Positions 1 to 12,552 of a DNA stretch of 64,000 nt are shown piece by piece. The notes beneath the pieces were generated by a model. That model was not told the DNA's origin. It saw nothing but the letters and a program-made list of their open reading frames with translations, and did not search any database. The translations under genes and the position numbers were made by a program. The number at the start of each line of letters is the position of its first letter. Within the stretch, counting starts at the first letter, position 1. Source of the DNA: Octopus vulgaris (Eukaryota); NCBI GenBank assembly GCA_951406725.2, contig OX597823.1, positions 83,204,001 through 83,268,000 of the forward strand, written 5' to 3'.

Positions 1-101
1 TGAGCGTACAGTGTGCGAGAGGTATTCGAGGACATGTGTGGAAATTTAATTCACCAGATTTTATCTATTAAAAACGAAATATATTTTTGTAAAGATTTTT
101 G

Positions 102-505
102 TAGGCGCAAGGCGTCAATGCGTGATAAGACGTCTGCTTCCCAGCAACATGGTTCCAGGTTCATTCCACTGCGTGGCGCCTTGGGAAAGTGTCTTCTACT
201 ATAACTTCAAGCTGATTTGATGGACGGAAACTGAAAGAAGCCCGTCGTATATGTGTATGAGTGTGTGTGTTTGTGTGTGAATGTGTGTGGTTGTATGTGT
301 CTGTGTGTGTATTTATCGGTGTCTTTGTATTTGTCGACAATACCGCTTGACAACCGGTGTTAGTGTGTTTGCGTTCCCGTAACTTAGATCAATCGAATTA
401 GTGCCGAACCTTACATAAAAGTTAAATACTGAGGTCGATTTATTCAACTACAATTCTTCGAGGTGGTGCCCCAGCATGGCCGGAGTTTAACAACTGAAAG
501 ACGTG
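102..505 (+). mobile_element. tRNA-derived SINE family B (CORE-like CCTTGGGCAAGTGTCTT, internal microsatellite, GGTGCCCCAGCATGGCC tail)
   Basis: tRNA-like head, CORE-like motif and tail are shared with the copies at 41383, 22602 and 43805. Confidence 0.85.
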
Positions 506-528
506 TAAGGCATGTTTTCATTTAGGAT

Positions 529-1506
529 TATTTTATGAATTCGCCTTCAGCTTCGTTAACTCAGGACCCTGTTCATTTCAGACATCACCTGGAGAACAGC
601 GGCCTCAAGTGACGCTATGTTATTGGGAAGATGTCGATTAGTCTTCTTTTCAACCCTGCTCCGAACCTAGCAATCGGTTGGATTTATATCTGAAGTGTTT
701 GGGGACCACAAGTCTGAGCTGCATGGACTTTAAAGAATGTCTGGCAGCCATTTTTAGATTACACGGGTTTTGTGAGAAGGCAGTGAGTCTTGTTAAAACA
801 CGTATTGCCCACTACTGCGTACTGCATCCATCCAAGGCTTTACAATGTATTCAGGAACGTTAATTCTATGACCCTGTGAGAAAATGTGAGGCGGCAGCAC
901 ATGCGTTCATCATTCATGGCCCCTAAAACCAACACAATTGTTGGAAATTTAGTGTACATCACTCTAGGGACATCACCAGGATCTGCACAAAACCAGCTGT
1001 TATTCCTTCCGTAAGACTTTTCGTATTGGTCGAATATTTTCCCATCAGAGAAGAACCAAAGCATGCTATGTTCGTGGAGGGATTTAATTTTGTTAAGTAA
1101 CCGCGTGACACGGATCAAACGGTTTTCCTGTCTTTGCAGACATGAACTGGCCTCTCTTCAGTATATACGACTTCTATCGAATGCCTCACAGATCTAATAG
1201 TCCACTACAACATCTTGCGTTCTTTGGAAATAGCCCAATGGGTCTCATTGACTTTTCGGTACCTGCATCGATAAAGTTTTAAAGCTGAGATAAATTTTCG
1301 GTGTCTTTAGAGTGTCCAAAAGTTCAGAACGTTCTTTCTGATTGATACTGTTGAAACACAGCCCCCCCCCCCCCCGCTTCCAATTCCATCCCAACTTTAT
1401 GTACAAAATATTTTGTAGCCTTTAAAAAGCTATCAAGTTCTAAATCTCCGCATTCTGCATATATGGTAACAATAACTGCATCACTTTTTATTTCTTGTGT
1501 TAGCAT
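529..1506 (-). pseudogene. DD37D transposase pseudogene
   Basis: Minus-strand translation gives MLTQEIKSDAVIV..., LWFFSDGKIFDQ...VPRVMYTKFPT, KPWMD...YVF*QDSLPSHK...WSPNTSDINPTD (37 residues between the 2nd and 3rd D) and ...EAEGEFIK*. It carries several stops and frameshifts. Confidence 0.88.
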
Positions 1507-1804
1507 TTAGCATTTTGTCTATCCTCGGGAATCTGGAAGTAATAAAACTTTTTAATTGCTTTGAAAAGAGAAATATAGTAATAATTAAGTGTTCTATAAT
1601 AGCTCTAGCACCTTGTATTTATCTCATATATATGTCGGAGCAGGCACAGCAAAATTGACACCGGGAGGGTTTGAACACCGGATGTAGAGAGCCAGAAGAA
1701 ATATCAAAGCATTTTTGCTAAGCTCTAGCGATTCTCTGAAACTTCACCCACCCTAAATAAGAATAGTATGATAAAAACGAAAAGCCATATTATAGAAATT
1801 AGAT

Positions 1805-2070
1805 CTAGCTCAGTGGTTAGAATATCAGGCTCACAAACCATTCCCGGGGACCAGGCTGTGTGTTATGTTCTTGAGCAAGGCATTTTATTTCACGTTGCTC
1901 CAGTTCCCTCAGCTGTAGAAATGACTTGCAACGTCACTGATGCCAAGCTTGATCGGCCTTTGCCTTTTCCTTCGATAACACTGGTGGCGTGGTGATGGGA
2001 AGCTCGTATGCAGGGACGACTGCTGGTCTTCCATAAACAACCTTGCCTGAACATGCGCCTCGAACGGGAA
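1805..2070 (+). mobile_element. tRNA-derived SINE family D
   Basis: A-box-like GCTCAGTGGTTAGA and TTCTTGAGCAAG motif. The body matches the copies at 11240 and 61900. Confidence 0.8.
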
Positions 2071-2085
2071 TGTATATATACTTAA

Positions 2086-2127
<42 letters not shown>

Positions 2128-2156
2128 ATGTATATATATATATGTATATATATATA

Positions 2157-2241
<85 letters not shown>

Positions 2242-2454
2242 CGGAACGCGTTGCGTACCGTCACTTAATAAATGAAAAAGTGAATTGTAAAGAAACGAGT
2301 GTACAACTGGGCGGGAGACAGACAAAAGAGGTCCCTAATTCTTCATCAGTTATTAACGAAATTGTAATACTCAGTTTCCTGTCTCCCGTCCGGCTGTACA
2401 CTTAGTCTACGTATAGGTTTTTTATTTGTCGTTGTTTATTTACAATGCATTTTT

Positions 2455-2504
<50 letters not shown>

Positions 2505-2606
2505 GAGAGAGACAGACAGACAGACAGACACATACACACACATTTATATATATGCATATGTATGTATATGTGTGCGTGTATGTATGTCTGTCTGTATGTA
2601 TGTATT

Positions 2607-2678
<72 letters not shown>

Positions 2679-2841
2679 TATGCATATTTCACGAGAAGCT
2701 GATATGAGTGAAAGAATGAAAAGAAAATTACAAACTGATAGAGTTGTACACAGTTACAGACAGACAGACAGACAGACAGACACACAGACACACAGACACA
2801 CAGACAGACAGACAAGCAGACAGACAGACAGACAGACAGAC

Positions 2842-2924
<83 letters not shown>
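2086..2924. repeat. Compound microsatellite zone (TA, TG, CAGA, GATA) with a short unique insert at about 2240-2455
   Basis: Directly visible. Confidence 0.95.
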
Positions 2925-2925
<1 letters not shown>

Positions 2926-3736
2926 TACTGCAGTAATATAAGGAAAAATATTTCGAATGTTTCTTTTTTTCCTTTTTGTTAATGAAACAATCTAAAGTCA
3001 TTTAACATTGTATCGCATCACTGGAATATTACAATTTTATTATCCTACATGGACTTTGAAGTGAAAGTTAAGCTTATGTAATTTACACTCGTTTTACATT
3101 CGCGAAACTTAATATAGTTGTCTGTATAAGGTGTATTATCTATTTGTCTTTCATAAAACTAGCTTGCTTTTTCGGTATAGCCTTGCTTGATTAAATTCGT
3201 CTATACAATGACACTATTATAAAAGATTCTGTGTCCTGAGGCAAAGGTTAGCAGCTTTTGAAATTAGCTCTTCTAGCAAAGTTAATTAATTTAACGTTTC
3301 AACCACTGAACACTTTTATACAACCGCTTCTATTTACAAGCGAAAGAGGGGAAAAATTTGTCTATTTTTGCTTGGCAATACATTAATAATTTTATATCAT
3401 TGTTTGTTCATTCTCCCTTTTCTGTTTGGGACAATTAGATAAACGTTCCATCAAAATAACTCGCAAAATGGAATTTTTCAAGATATTTTGTAAATCTATT
3501 ATATAATTAACAGAATCCTATGAAAGTATGAAAGACAAACAGATTTATGTTGACCTATGATTAAATGCATTGAAGCCACTACATATCGTCGTTATTCTTT
3601 CTTCTTAAGAGGTATTGCTGATTATATTGTTAAACGTCTCTTACTTTTTAAGAATGTGCTGGCTGGTTTAAAGTACATCAAGCTGCTATTTCTAACAGCT
3701 CGAATGTTAGTAGTATAACTCCTTTGTTGGCATTAA

Positions 3737-3968
3737 GCCCTTAGCACTTAAATCGATCATATCTATCTCAAATATTCTACCGTTTTCTAACTGCCTCATG
3801 TCCAACCCAGCCACATCTAGCCTCTCACACTTTACCCTACAATGTCATTCTTTAAAATAAATAATCACATATTCGAAATTTCTAAGCTACATCATAATAC
3901 ATAATTGATTTCGAAAAATGTGAATAAATAAGCATTACATTTGACAGAGTAATCTGAATGCCAAAGGA
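3737..3968. mobile_element. piggyBac-type MITE
   Basis: TTAA at 3733-3736 and 3969-3972. Degenerate TIRs GCCCTTAGCACT / rev-comp TCCTTTGGCATT. Confidence 0.7.
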
Positions 3969-4094
3969 TTAAGGCTGATAAAATAGATCAAACTGTACAT
4001 CATATTACACAGCTACTTCTACAAGCTCTAGGCGTAAAAAAACCAACGAATTTCATTTAATTAGGTTTTTACTTTCGTTTTCTTCCAGGTCGAT

Positions 4095-4380
4095 TCGCTA
4101 CTTTTCCAGTATGAGGGGTCATGGTTTCAGTACTATGGACATGTGATTAGAATGCCGCAGGAAAGAATCGCAAGACGGATTCTTGAAGCCGAGCCAATCA
4201 GCAAGAAACTTAGGGGTAAACGAAGAGTGAGATGATTGGATAATATCCATACTCTCGGTATGCCATGTTTGGGCATCCAGCTCTGAAAGTGTTATGACTT
4301 AATGGAAGAGGTGACTGACGACTCTACTCACCGCCCACGATCCTCCTAACAATAGTGGACGGAGAAGATGGATGGATGAG
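4095..4380 (+). mobile_element. RTE-clade LINE 3' fragment (Expander/Rex3-like end)
   Basis: Translates to QYYGHVIRMPQERIARRILEAEP..KKLRGKRRVR*LDNI, which resembles the RTE C-terminus, and ends in a (GATG)n tail. Confidence 0.8.
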
Positions 4381-5544
4381 TAGATACAGGGAAAGTGGGG
4401 AATTGTGGTGAAATGTTTTCCTTAACTAAAGCATCATGTCACTCGTCTTTACTGCTATAAAAAGTTATTGTCTCAGCAAAATTTCCAGACTATGCAGTTA
4501 CGCCAACCAAATTTTAAGATTCAGCATAATGGACCCTACAGCGTACATGTGTAGGGTAATCCGGAATTTATACTCGTTGATCACAAACAGATTCATCAAA
4601 GATTAACAAAATGATATTTTTATATCGTTTTGATCTCTTAATTTAGTTTTAAATATGCACAATCATCCCCAAGAGTACGATAATATATATGTCATACTCA
4701 ATCCTTTAAAATAAGTCATAGACTTCACATCACCACGAGAACGTAATAATCATGGTATCTTTTATTCATTTTTTTTTATCAAGATCCAAATCCAAATTAT
4801 CTGCAAACAACCTATTGTCACAAGGATCTATAAGATAAATACTTGCATTAAATGGTGAGACGCCATTTTAACATCATGTTTAGTAACTGCCAAAATGTAA
4901 CTTCAGGTTTTGTGTATAACAAACGTTCCAAATACAATACTAAATTGTTCAATGATATTGGATTATAGCGTACCACATTAATTATGACGTACTTTCATCA
5001 CTTAATGTCTTTGTTCTTTAAATAGATTCCTTATTAGATATACTTGCTTTTAAAATACAAATATATATATACTAAAGTGTTAGTTCGTCTTATAGAGATG
5101 AATACGTTTAAATTTAAATTTTAAAATAACCTCTACAGAAAACTGCAAATCAATTCATATTAAAGTACAGTAATTTTGCGATAATAAAAAATAAATAAAG
5201 ACTGTATTTCAACTTCAGAAGAACAAATCAATGCTATAAATAATACAGGACATATTGTCCTCCTATTGCGATAAGAATATTTTCAAATGCCCGACTACCA
5301 CTACACTTTTACATGTAGTTGCCCTGTCTCCACTCAGATTCTTTTAAATAACTATAAAATATGTAACATTCACATACTTCAGTTTTTTATTGACAGGAAA
5401 TCAAAAGGATTCAATACATTATGCATTTACGTATTGTTTAGCAGAACCAACATAATTCATCTTGAAGTTCATAATATAATAGTCAAATAGATATCGTTAT
5501 AATTATATATGCATATATTTAAATAAGGAAAGTATTCATGAATA

Positions 5545-5740
5545 ATACTTTCTACTAAAGGCAAAGGCTTGAAATCTTGTGGAGAGGGGAAGGTGATTAC
5601 ATCGATTCCACTACTCAACTAGTATTTATTTCGTCGGCCCCAGGAGAATGAAAGGTAAAGGTGACCTCGGCGGAATTGAACTCATACGCATAGATTGATG
5701 AATTGCCGTTAAGCTAACGATTCTACCAGGACGTCGCCTC
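5545..5740 (-). mobile_element. tRNA-derived SINE family A (central GTCGACTTTGCCTTTCATCCTTTCGGGGTCGATAAA..AGTACCAG, Meta/MESC-like domain)
   Basis: Reverse complement of the family A consensus seen many times in this window. Confidence 0.8.
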
Positions 5741-5774
5741 AAAGTATTCACAAAAATGGGAGTGTATAAAATAA

Positions 5775-6170
5775 GGCGACGAGTTGGCAGAATCGTTAGC
5801 ACACCGGGCGAATTGCTTAGTAGTATTTCGTCTGCTGTTACGTTCTTAGTTCAAATTCCGCCGAGGTCGACTTTGCCTTTCATCCTTTCAGAGTCGATAA
5901 ATGAAATACCAGTTACGCACTGGGATCGCTATAATCAACTTAATCCTTTTGTCTGTCCTTGTTTGTCCCCTCTATGTTTAGCCCCTTGTGGGCAATAAAA
6001 AAAGAAGAATCATTAGCATGCCGGCCAAAATGCGTAGCAGCATTTAGTCCATCTGTACGTTCTGAGTTCAAATTCTTCCGAGGTCGACCTTGCTTTTCAT
6101 ACTTTCGGGGTTGATGAAATAAGTACCAGTCGAGCACTGGGGTTGATATAATCGACTTAATCTATTTCTA
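5775..6170 (+). mobile_element. SINE family A, two units in tandem
   Basis: GGCGACGAGTTGGCAGAATCGTTAGC head, GTTCAAATTCC B-box, and the central domain present twice. Confidence 0.88.
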
Positions 6171-6579
6171 GGACTCGCTGAGCTTCTGCTAAAATCTTAA
6201 ACCAATAATGAGAGAATTTAAAAATCAAAAAATATTCAATAATAAAAGTCTGATAATTATTTTGGTACTCTTGTCTCCTACATCGCACAATTTCGATTTT
6301 AGTTACAATGATTTATTAGGAAGCATTAATATTTGTATTTTTTCTTTCGAATTTTATCTTACTTTATTTATTTTTTAAAGAATTTCTAAATGTTTACGCA
6401 CTCAGTTATTGCTTTTATGGCAACAATTTCCAAATACCTTGGAAACTGATGAGAGTCTGGGTCGGTAAAAATCAGATAATGTAGAGAGCAAAAGAAAAGG
6501 GAGTTTATATTTCGCGTGGTATGTAGCATATAGCCTTACGTTGCTCCTGATTTTTGGGTAAAGGTAAATTAATTATCAT

Positions 6580-7187
6580 TTAATTGTTTCAGTCATTGTG
6601 CTGTGACCATGCTGGGGCACTGCCTTGAAAGGATTTGGTCGAATAAATCGACTTATTTTAAAACTTAGTAATTACTGTATTGATCTCTCTGGCCAACCTG
6701 TTAAGTTCGGGGTACATAAATAAACCAACACCGATTATCAAGCGTTTCTGTCTACCAAATTCAATCAAGATACCGCAGAGTGGGACTGAACATAAAACCA
6801 TGTGATTGCAAAGCGAGGGCATTCCTTTGATATAACTCGACAAAACCAAAACAAACACTCGGCTGTTTCCATGATAACTCGACAATTCACTTCGGATATC
6901 TTCGTTGCCTCCGTGATAGCTGCTGTGACTTCTGTGTGTGTGCGTGCTTGTTCTTGTCTATGTGCGTGCTTGCTTGTTCTTGTCTGTGTGTGTGCCTGTT
7001 CTGTTTTTATGTATTTATGTGTTTACGATTCTGTTTCCTGCTTGGAAATCTGCGGACGGAGGTCACGAAGATATCCGTAGTGAATTGTCGAGTTGTCACG
7101 AAAACAGCCGAGTGTTTGTTTTAGTTTTGTCGATTTATCTCGAAGGATTGCCAAAGCGAATCTCTTAACCAAACAGCTATGCCTGGC
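6580..7187 (-). mobile_element. SINE family B, interrupted by a MITE
   Basis: Tail at about 6580-6640. The head becomes continuous once 6818-7160 is removed. Confidence 0.75.
6818..7152. mobile_element. MITE with about 95-bp TIRs starting GGCA and an 8-9 bp TSD (Merlin- or Mutator-like)
   Basis: Arms 6818-6913 and 7057-7152 are inverted copies. TSD AAAGCGAG (6810-6817) / AAAGCGAA (7153-7160). Confidence 0.85.
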
Positions 7188-7854
7188 CTAGATTAGTTGA
7201 ATACAATACTGGAAACTAATGAAACAGCCGTAAGCTTCAATACTGTCACGATTCCGACCTAGCATATTTAAAAAGGTGGGACATACAGTATAAATTGGTC
7301 GTAGATAAAGTAAAAGAGTCTGTGGCTGCAGCTGGAACGCAGATCTACTTGACCCTAATCTGAGTCTAAGCATCAACAATAAAAATGTTTACATCAGTAA
7401 ACCATTCCATTCTGCCGTTTCTGCTTGAAACCAAGTGAACAGGTTGGGGTGGGACGTCGAGAGTTAAGGATCCGTGCAACTGAAATAAGTAAATAAACGG
7501 TAAGGACCAAAACCTCAATTATTCAGCTGCTGGCCAGGAAAATTCTCAGCGAAGTAGGCTTCGATTCTCAAGGCTAGATATTTCGATATAGACCTACTGA
7601 AGTAGGTTATTTGGTCAAGTTTGTAGCACTTCCTTCCTTCCATAATGTAGCAATACAAGTAGCTAAACTCCTTTTTGTGGTAATCCAACGACCTAGTTAA
7701 TTGTAGCTAACACTATGTAACGTAGTAGTTCTCCATTTTTTCTACTTATGGACCCTTTAGGTATTCATTTTAATCGGGTCATCCACCCACCATAACCATT
7801 CAATGTTTAAAAATACCCGTTACAGTTTTATTGCTAGGTATTCTTTTATTCCCT

Positions 7855-8124
7855 TATTCTTTTCACTCGTTTCAATCATGTGACTGCGACCATACTGGAG
7901 CACCGCCTTAAAGGGATTTATAATCGAAGAAATTGGTCCCAGGACTTATTCTTTGTATGCGTAGTACTTATTCTATCCGTCTTTTGCTAAATTACGGGAA
8001 TATAAACACACCGACATCGGTTGTCAAGCGATACTGGAGGAGGGGGAAGCACAGACATACACACACACACACGCACACACACGCACACATAAATATATAC
8101 ACATATATATATATGCATATATGC

Positions 8125-8167
<43 letters not shown>

Positions 8168-8483
8168 TAAACCAAACGGGAAAACAGAAAAAACAACAAC
8201 ACGTGGAACAATTACAGTATTATTATTATTAGGCGCTTAGGAAAATGGAAGAAGGAGGGTATGACGTTTCGAGCGGAGCTCTTCGTCGGAAACATAAGAG
8301 AAGGAAGAAAGAAGAAGGAAAGATCCCGATGTGGGCGAACAGAGGGGAAAAAACGCGACTGGTGTTTACGAAGTACACATGCTGAAAATATATATATATA
8401 TATACATATATATATAGAAGGAGCTTCTACAGGACTAGAACTGTTTCATTCAAAAGAAATCATCAGGCTTCCTGATGATTTCT

Positions 8484-8515
<32 letters not shown>

Positions 8516-8680
8516 CGACGGGCCTCTTTCAGTTTCCGTCTACGAAATGCACTCAGAAGGCTTTGATCGACCGAAGGCTTTTGTAGAAGACAGTTTCCCA
8601 AGGTGCCACGCAGTGGGACTGAACCCGGAGCCATGTAGTTAGGAAGCAAGCTCCTTACCACACAGCCATGCCTGTGCCTA
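7855..8680 (-). mobile_element. SINE family B with Penelope-like fragments inside its (TA)n tract
   Basis: Tail at 7855-7910 and head at 8515-8680, both matching the family consensus. Confidence 0.85.
8161..8390 (-). mobile_element. Penelope-like pseudo-LTR fragment with a mutated minimal hammerhead (8259-8293)
   Basis: Rev-comp TTT-CCGACGA-A-GAGC-TCC-GCTC-GAAAC-GTC-ATA. Homologous to 19424-19625. Confidence 0.72.
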
Positions 8681-9811
8681 TTTATTATTAGGAATTATAT
8701 AACTTGTTGAAATATTTTGTAAGAGTATAATAGATTTATTGCACAAAGAATTTTAGCAGCAAAATCTAATGTGAACCTCGGTTGAGAACCATTGATACGG
8801 TGCCTATAAATCTAGATCATGGTCTGAAATTCTTCGTGAGATTAGAATACTCAGAGAATGATAAAGCAGACAATTCAATGGCTGCTTATATTCATTTTGA
8901 AATAAACCCATTGACAGAGATGACATGATAGGAGGCTATTAATGGTAACATTGGAAATATTGCAGGGAAACATTATATTGCAATTTAAAATCTGGTTCAC
9001 AATCTGAAATTCTTGGTGGAGAAATGATATAACAGACGGCTGGATGATGGTTTATATTCATCTTGAAACAGAAATATGCGTTGATAGATTTGGTATAACA
9101 GAAAACTATTGATTCGTACATAACTACAGCCATAAAGAAACTTTAATTACATTTCATTCCGAGCTCCAACCTAAAGAGATTTGCCGGGGCATCACTAGAA
9201 AATGTAATGTATTCCCCAATTCTCCACACAGATAAGCCCTTAACTTACTGCATGAGTACCTCTTTACCAAAAATTATATTCCAAGGCATTTGGGAATCGT
9301 CTCTTTAGTACTACTGATATCCATAACAACGGACTTGACAATAAGAATTGGAGAAAATGCGTTTATTTACCAAATCTAGTATTCTATCACTTCAAAGACT
9401 GAAATACAAACAGCAGCAACATATAACAACTACTGGCCGAACTAACGAAGGACTCTCTGCGTCGTTTTTAGACTTTATGAAAACTGGAGTGAAATCACGT
9501 TAAAAGTCACACTCTACCATCTTAGGACGATGAATGGCACCGATCGCTGAAGCTCGTAATTCCAGACATTGAGGAAAAACAACAGAGAAATTACGAAAAA
9601 GAAAATGAGAAGCGTCACTTCATATTGCATCAAGTAACTTCACTTGCAGCAGATGTCATCAGTGCTGCAGATCGAAAGCAGGTCTCACAGCCCACATGCG
9701 AGTCTGTCAGAGATGAATACTGACCAAGAACAGTCAACGTCGACATACGATGAACTGCCGAAGACTCTGCCGTCTTTTAAAAAGCGGGAAGGATACTGGA
9801 CAAAATGAAAT

Positions 9812-10245
9812 ACTCCTAAATGGAAACAAGCAGCAGATCGCCATACAGACGTTTATTTTTGCTGGAAGGAGTTCTCCAAGATAATTTTAAGAGTGCTCTT
9901 AACATTCTTGTGTAAGTTCCATCTATCTTGGATCCCAGCTTTTTGCTAAGTTTCCAAAAATATTCAATACATCGGCCGGAAAAGGCGCTAGCGCTTTGCG
10001 GGACATTGTTAGCAAGATAAGTAAGAGCTAGCAAGTGACCTGCTGCTATGGATGCTAAAGCATAGCCGTACTGGAGCTGGTCATCCTAACACAACGTATG
10101 TAGGTCAAGTCACCAGAGACATTGAATGCCCTCCCCCATCCCCGACGTACTCCCTGAAATAATACAGGACCGAAATGGATGCCGTGTGCGCATCAAAAAT
10201 ATCCAAGCCAGCTTGACCAGATGATGATATGATGACTCCTAGATG
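9812..10245 (+). mobile_element. 5'-truncated RTE-clade LINE with an inverted 5' segment and TSD
   Basis: Minus 9957->9820 gives WKLSKKLGSKIDGTYTRMLRALLKLSW..LYGDL. Plus 9967-10220 gives RKRR*RFAGHC..ELASDLLLW..GHPNTTYV..QDRNG. (GAT)n tail. TSD ACTCCTAAATG / ACTCCTAGATG. Confidence 0.88.
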
Positions 10246-10879
10246 CACCATGCAGGAAAATTGACCGAACGGTGTTCACAAGCACGCTTCTGAATATAAA
10301 TCTATTAATTCAGGGCCTATGTGAGCATAAACACTCATAAAAAAACTGTTGCAAATCAAAGCTAAAGAGAAGGGAATTGCTTTGCAGATCATCCGGAATC
10401 GATTAAATGATTATCAGTAACATAAAAGTATCGATTTAATTATTGCTTAAAAAGGGGAAGAAAAGACACTGTGCCTAGTCTACAAACAAAATAAGAATAA
10501 TATAAACAAGCGTTTCACCATTTGCTAGATTATTTTTGAGCCCGCTGAAAGATTTAATTTACTAATGCATTTCATAAACAAACCAAAATGGAAAACGTGA
10601 CATCTCACTCCCGACACTACCATCACCAACACCACCACCACCACGTCTACTATTACAGCCATTGGCTTCTATTGGGAATCAAGACAAAGCGTTTTTTACG
10701 ACGGCAAGTTGGAAACGTAGTTTCCAGAATAATTTTGACAGTAGTAACTATCCCAAGACTGATATATCTTAACAATAATTCATGAAATAAAACATCTTTT
10801 AATGGCTTCTTTTCCCTATTACCGTTATTGTTATCGGTTATGTGTGTGTGTGTGTGCGGGTGCATGTATGTATGCATAC

Positions 10880-10925
<46 letters not shown>

Positions 10926-11019
10926 ATGTATCTGTGAATGAGTATATGTGTGTGTATGTGTGTGTACATATATTGTTACATATACATAAATACACACACG
11001 CACACACGCACGCATATAT

Positions 11020-11235
11020 TCCTTTACTTGTTTCAGTCACTTGACTGCGGCCATGCTGCAGCACCGCCTTTAGTCGAACAAAACGATCCCACGACTTTTT
11101 CTTTGTACTTATTCTAGTACTTGTTCTATCCGTCCCTTTTGCTGAACCGCTAAGTTACGGGGACGTAAACACACCAGCATCAGTTGTCAAGCGATGGTGC
11201 GGGACGAACGTAGACACACAAATACATACATATAT
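11020..11235 (-). mobile_element. SINE family B, 3' half
   Basis: TTACTTGTTTCAGTCACTTGACTGCGGCCATGCTG tail motif. Confidence 0.85.
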
Positions 11236-11239
11236 TCTG

Positions 11240-11578
11240 AGACCCCCTTCAGTCACGACACAGACCATGGGATTGCACCTAGAAAGTTACCCTCCGAGGC
11301 ATAAGTCCGTGCAAGGTTGTTTATGGAAGACCAGCAGTCGCCCATGCGTACCGGCCTCCCCTCTCCACGCCACCGGTGTTATCCAAGGGAAAGGCAAGGG
11401 GGCCGATACAGCTTGGCACCTGTGATGTCGCAACTCATTTCTACAGCTGAGTAAACTGGAGCAACTTGAAATAAAGTGTCTTGCTCAAGAACACAACACG
11501 CAGCCTGGTATGGGATTCGAGCTCACAACCTCACGATCGTAAGCTCGACGCTCTAAGCACTGAGCCATAAGCCTTCAC
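11240..11578 (-). mobile_element. SINE family D, near full length
   Basis: Rev-comp head GTGAAGGCTTATGGCTCAGTGCTTAGAGCGTCGAGCTTACGATC, with the body shared with 1805 and 61900. Confidence 0.88.
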
Positions 11579-11804
11579 ACATATATACATACATATACAT
11601 ATATACACGCACCTACATATACATTTAATATATATGTGTGTGTATGTGTATACACCCACCATATGCATATATACAACACATACATACATACATACATACA
11701 TACATACACACATACATACATACATACATACATACATACATACATACATACATACATACATACATACATACATACATACATACATACATACATACATACA
11801 TACA
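11579..11804. repeat. (CATA)n/(TA)n microsatellite
   Basis: Directly visible. Confidence 0.95.
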
Positions 11805-12327
11805 TGTATTTTTCATTTAATCATTACTTCTCTAAAATGGAAGTTGCAGATTTGATCCGATCATTCGAACATTTTTATGGTCATCATTTTTATAATTATT
11901 ATTTTTTTCGATAGTCTACGGAATTTGATTAAATCGCTTATGGCAATGAAGATAAGCCTATTTTTTTTTTCTTGTTCTTTTAAACGTTCATCAATAAAAG
12001 CACGCTAGTTATTTCCTACTAATGAAATAGTCATGAATTAGTAATAAGCTAGATGTCATAATTCGGATGTATTTTATTTTTATTTCCACGCAATTGTGCA
12101 ATAAATAGAGTTAATCGTTTGTACATACGTGATTTTTTGTATCAAATTTTCGCGTTGCAGCTCTTGTCAACATTCCCTGCGTCCCATTAGAAAATCGACT
12201 GTCTGTTCTCGATAGTTGCATAAAATTAGAAAATGTAAAAGAAAAAAAAAACATTCACTCTTCGAAAATATGACTCAAATAAATGCTTGCAGAATATTTT
12301 TGGCTTATGATACACACGTGACCATTT

Positions 12328-12482
12328 TATTTACATTATTTATATTATTTACATTCGACGAATATTTGCCCATCATCTTAATTGTTGTTAACACAACGTT
12401 TCGGCTGTTATACCCTCCAGCCTTCTTCGGGTGTCTTGGGGAAATTTCGAACTTGGGTTCTCATTCCTAAGGTATTTTTCGA

Positions 12483-12552
<70 letters not shown>

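Larger units (their letters stand above)
9..1615 (-). mobile_element. Full-length decayed Tc1/mariner DNA transposon, DD37D (maT) family, with a SINE inserted at about 102-505
   Basis: TA at 7-8 and 1616-1617 flank imperfect TIRs (CAGTGTGCGAGAGGTATTCGAGGACA versus rev-comp CAAGGTGCTAGAGCTATTATAGAACA). A transposase remnant lies inside. Confidence 0.85.

Noticed and set aside
7244-7652. Solo LTR (TGTCACG start, TATAAA, AATAAA, possible ATAC duplication)
   Set aside because: The terminal inverted match is weak and a 4-bp duplication is expected by chance. There is no second copy in the window.
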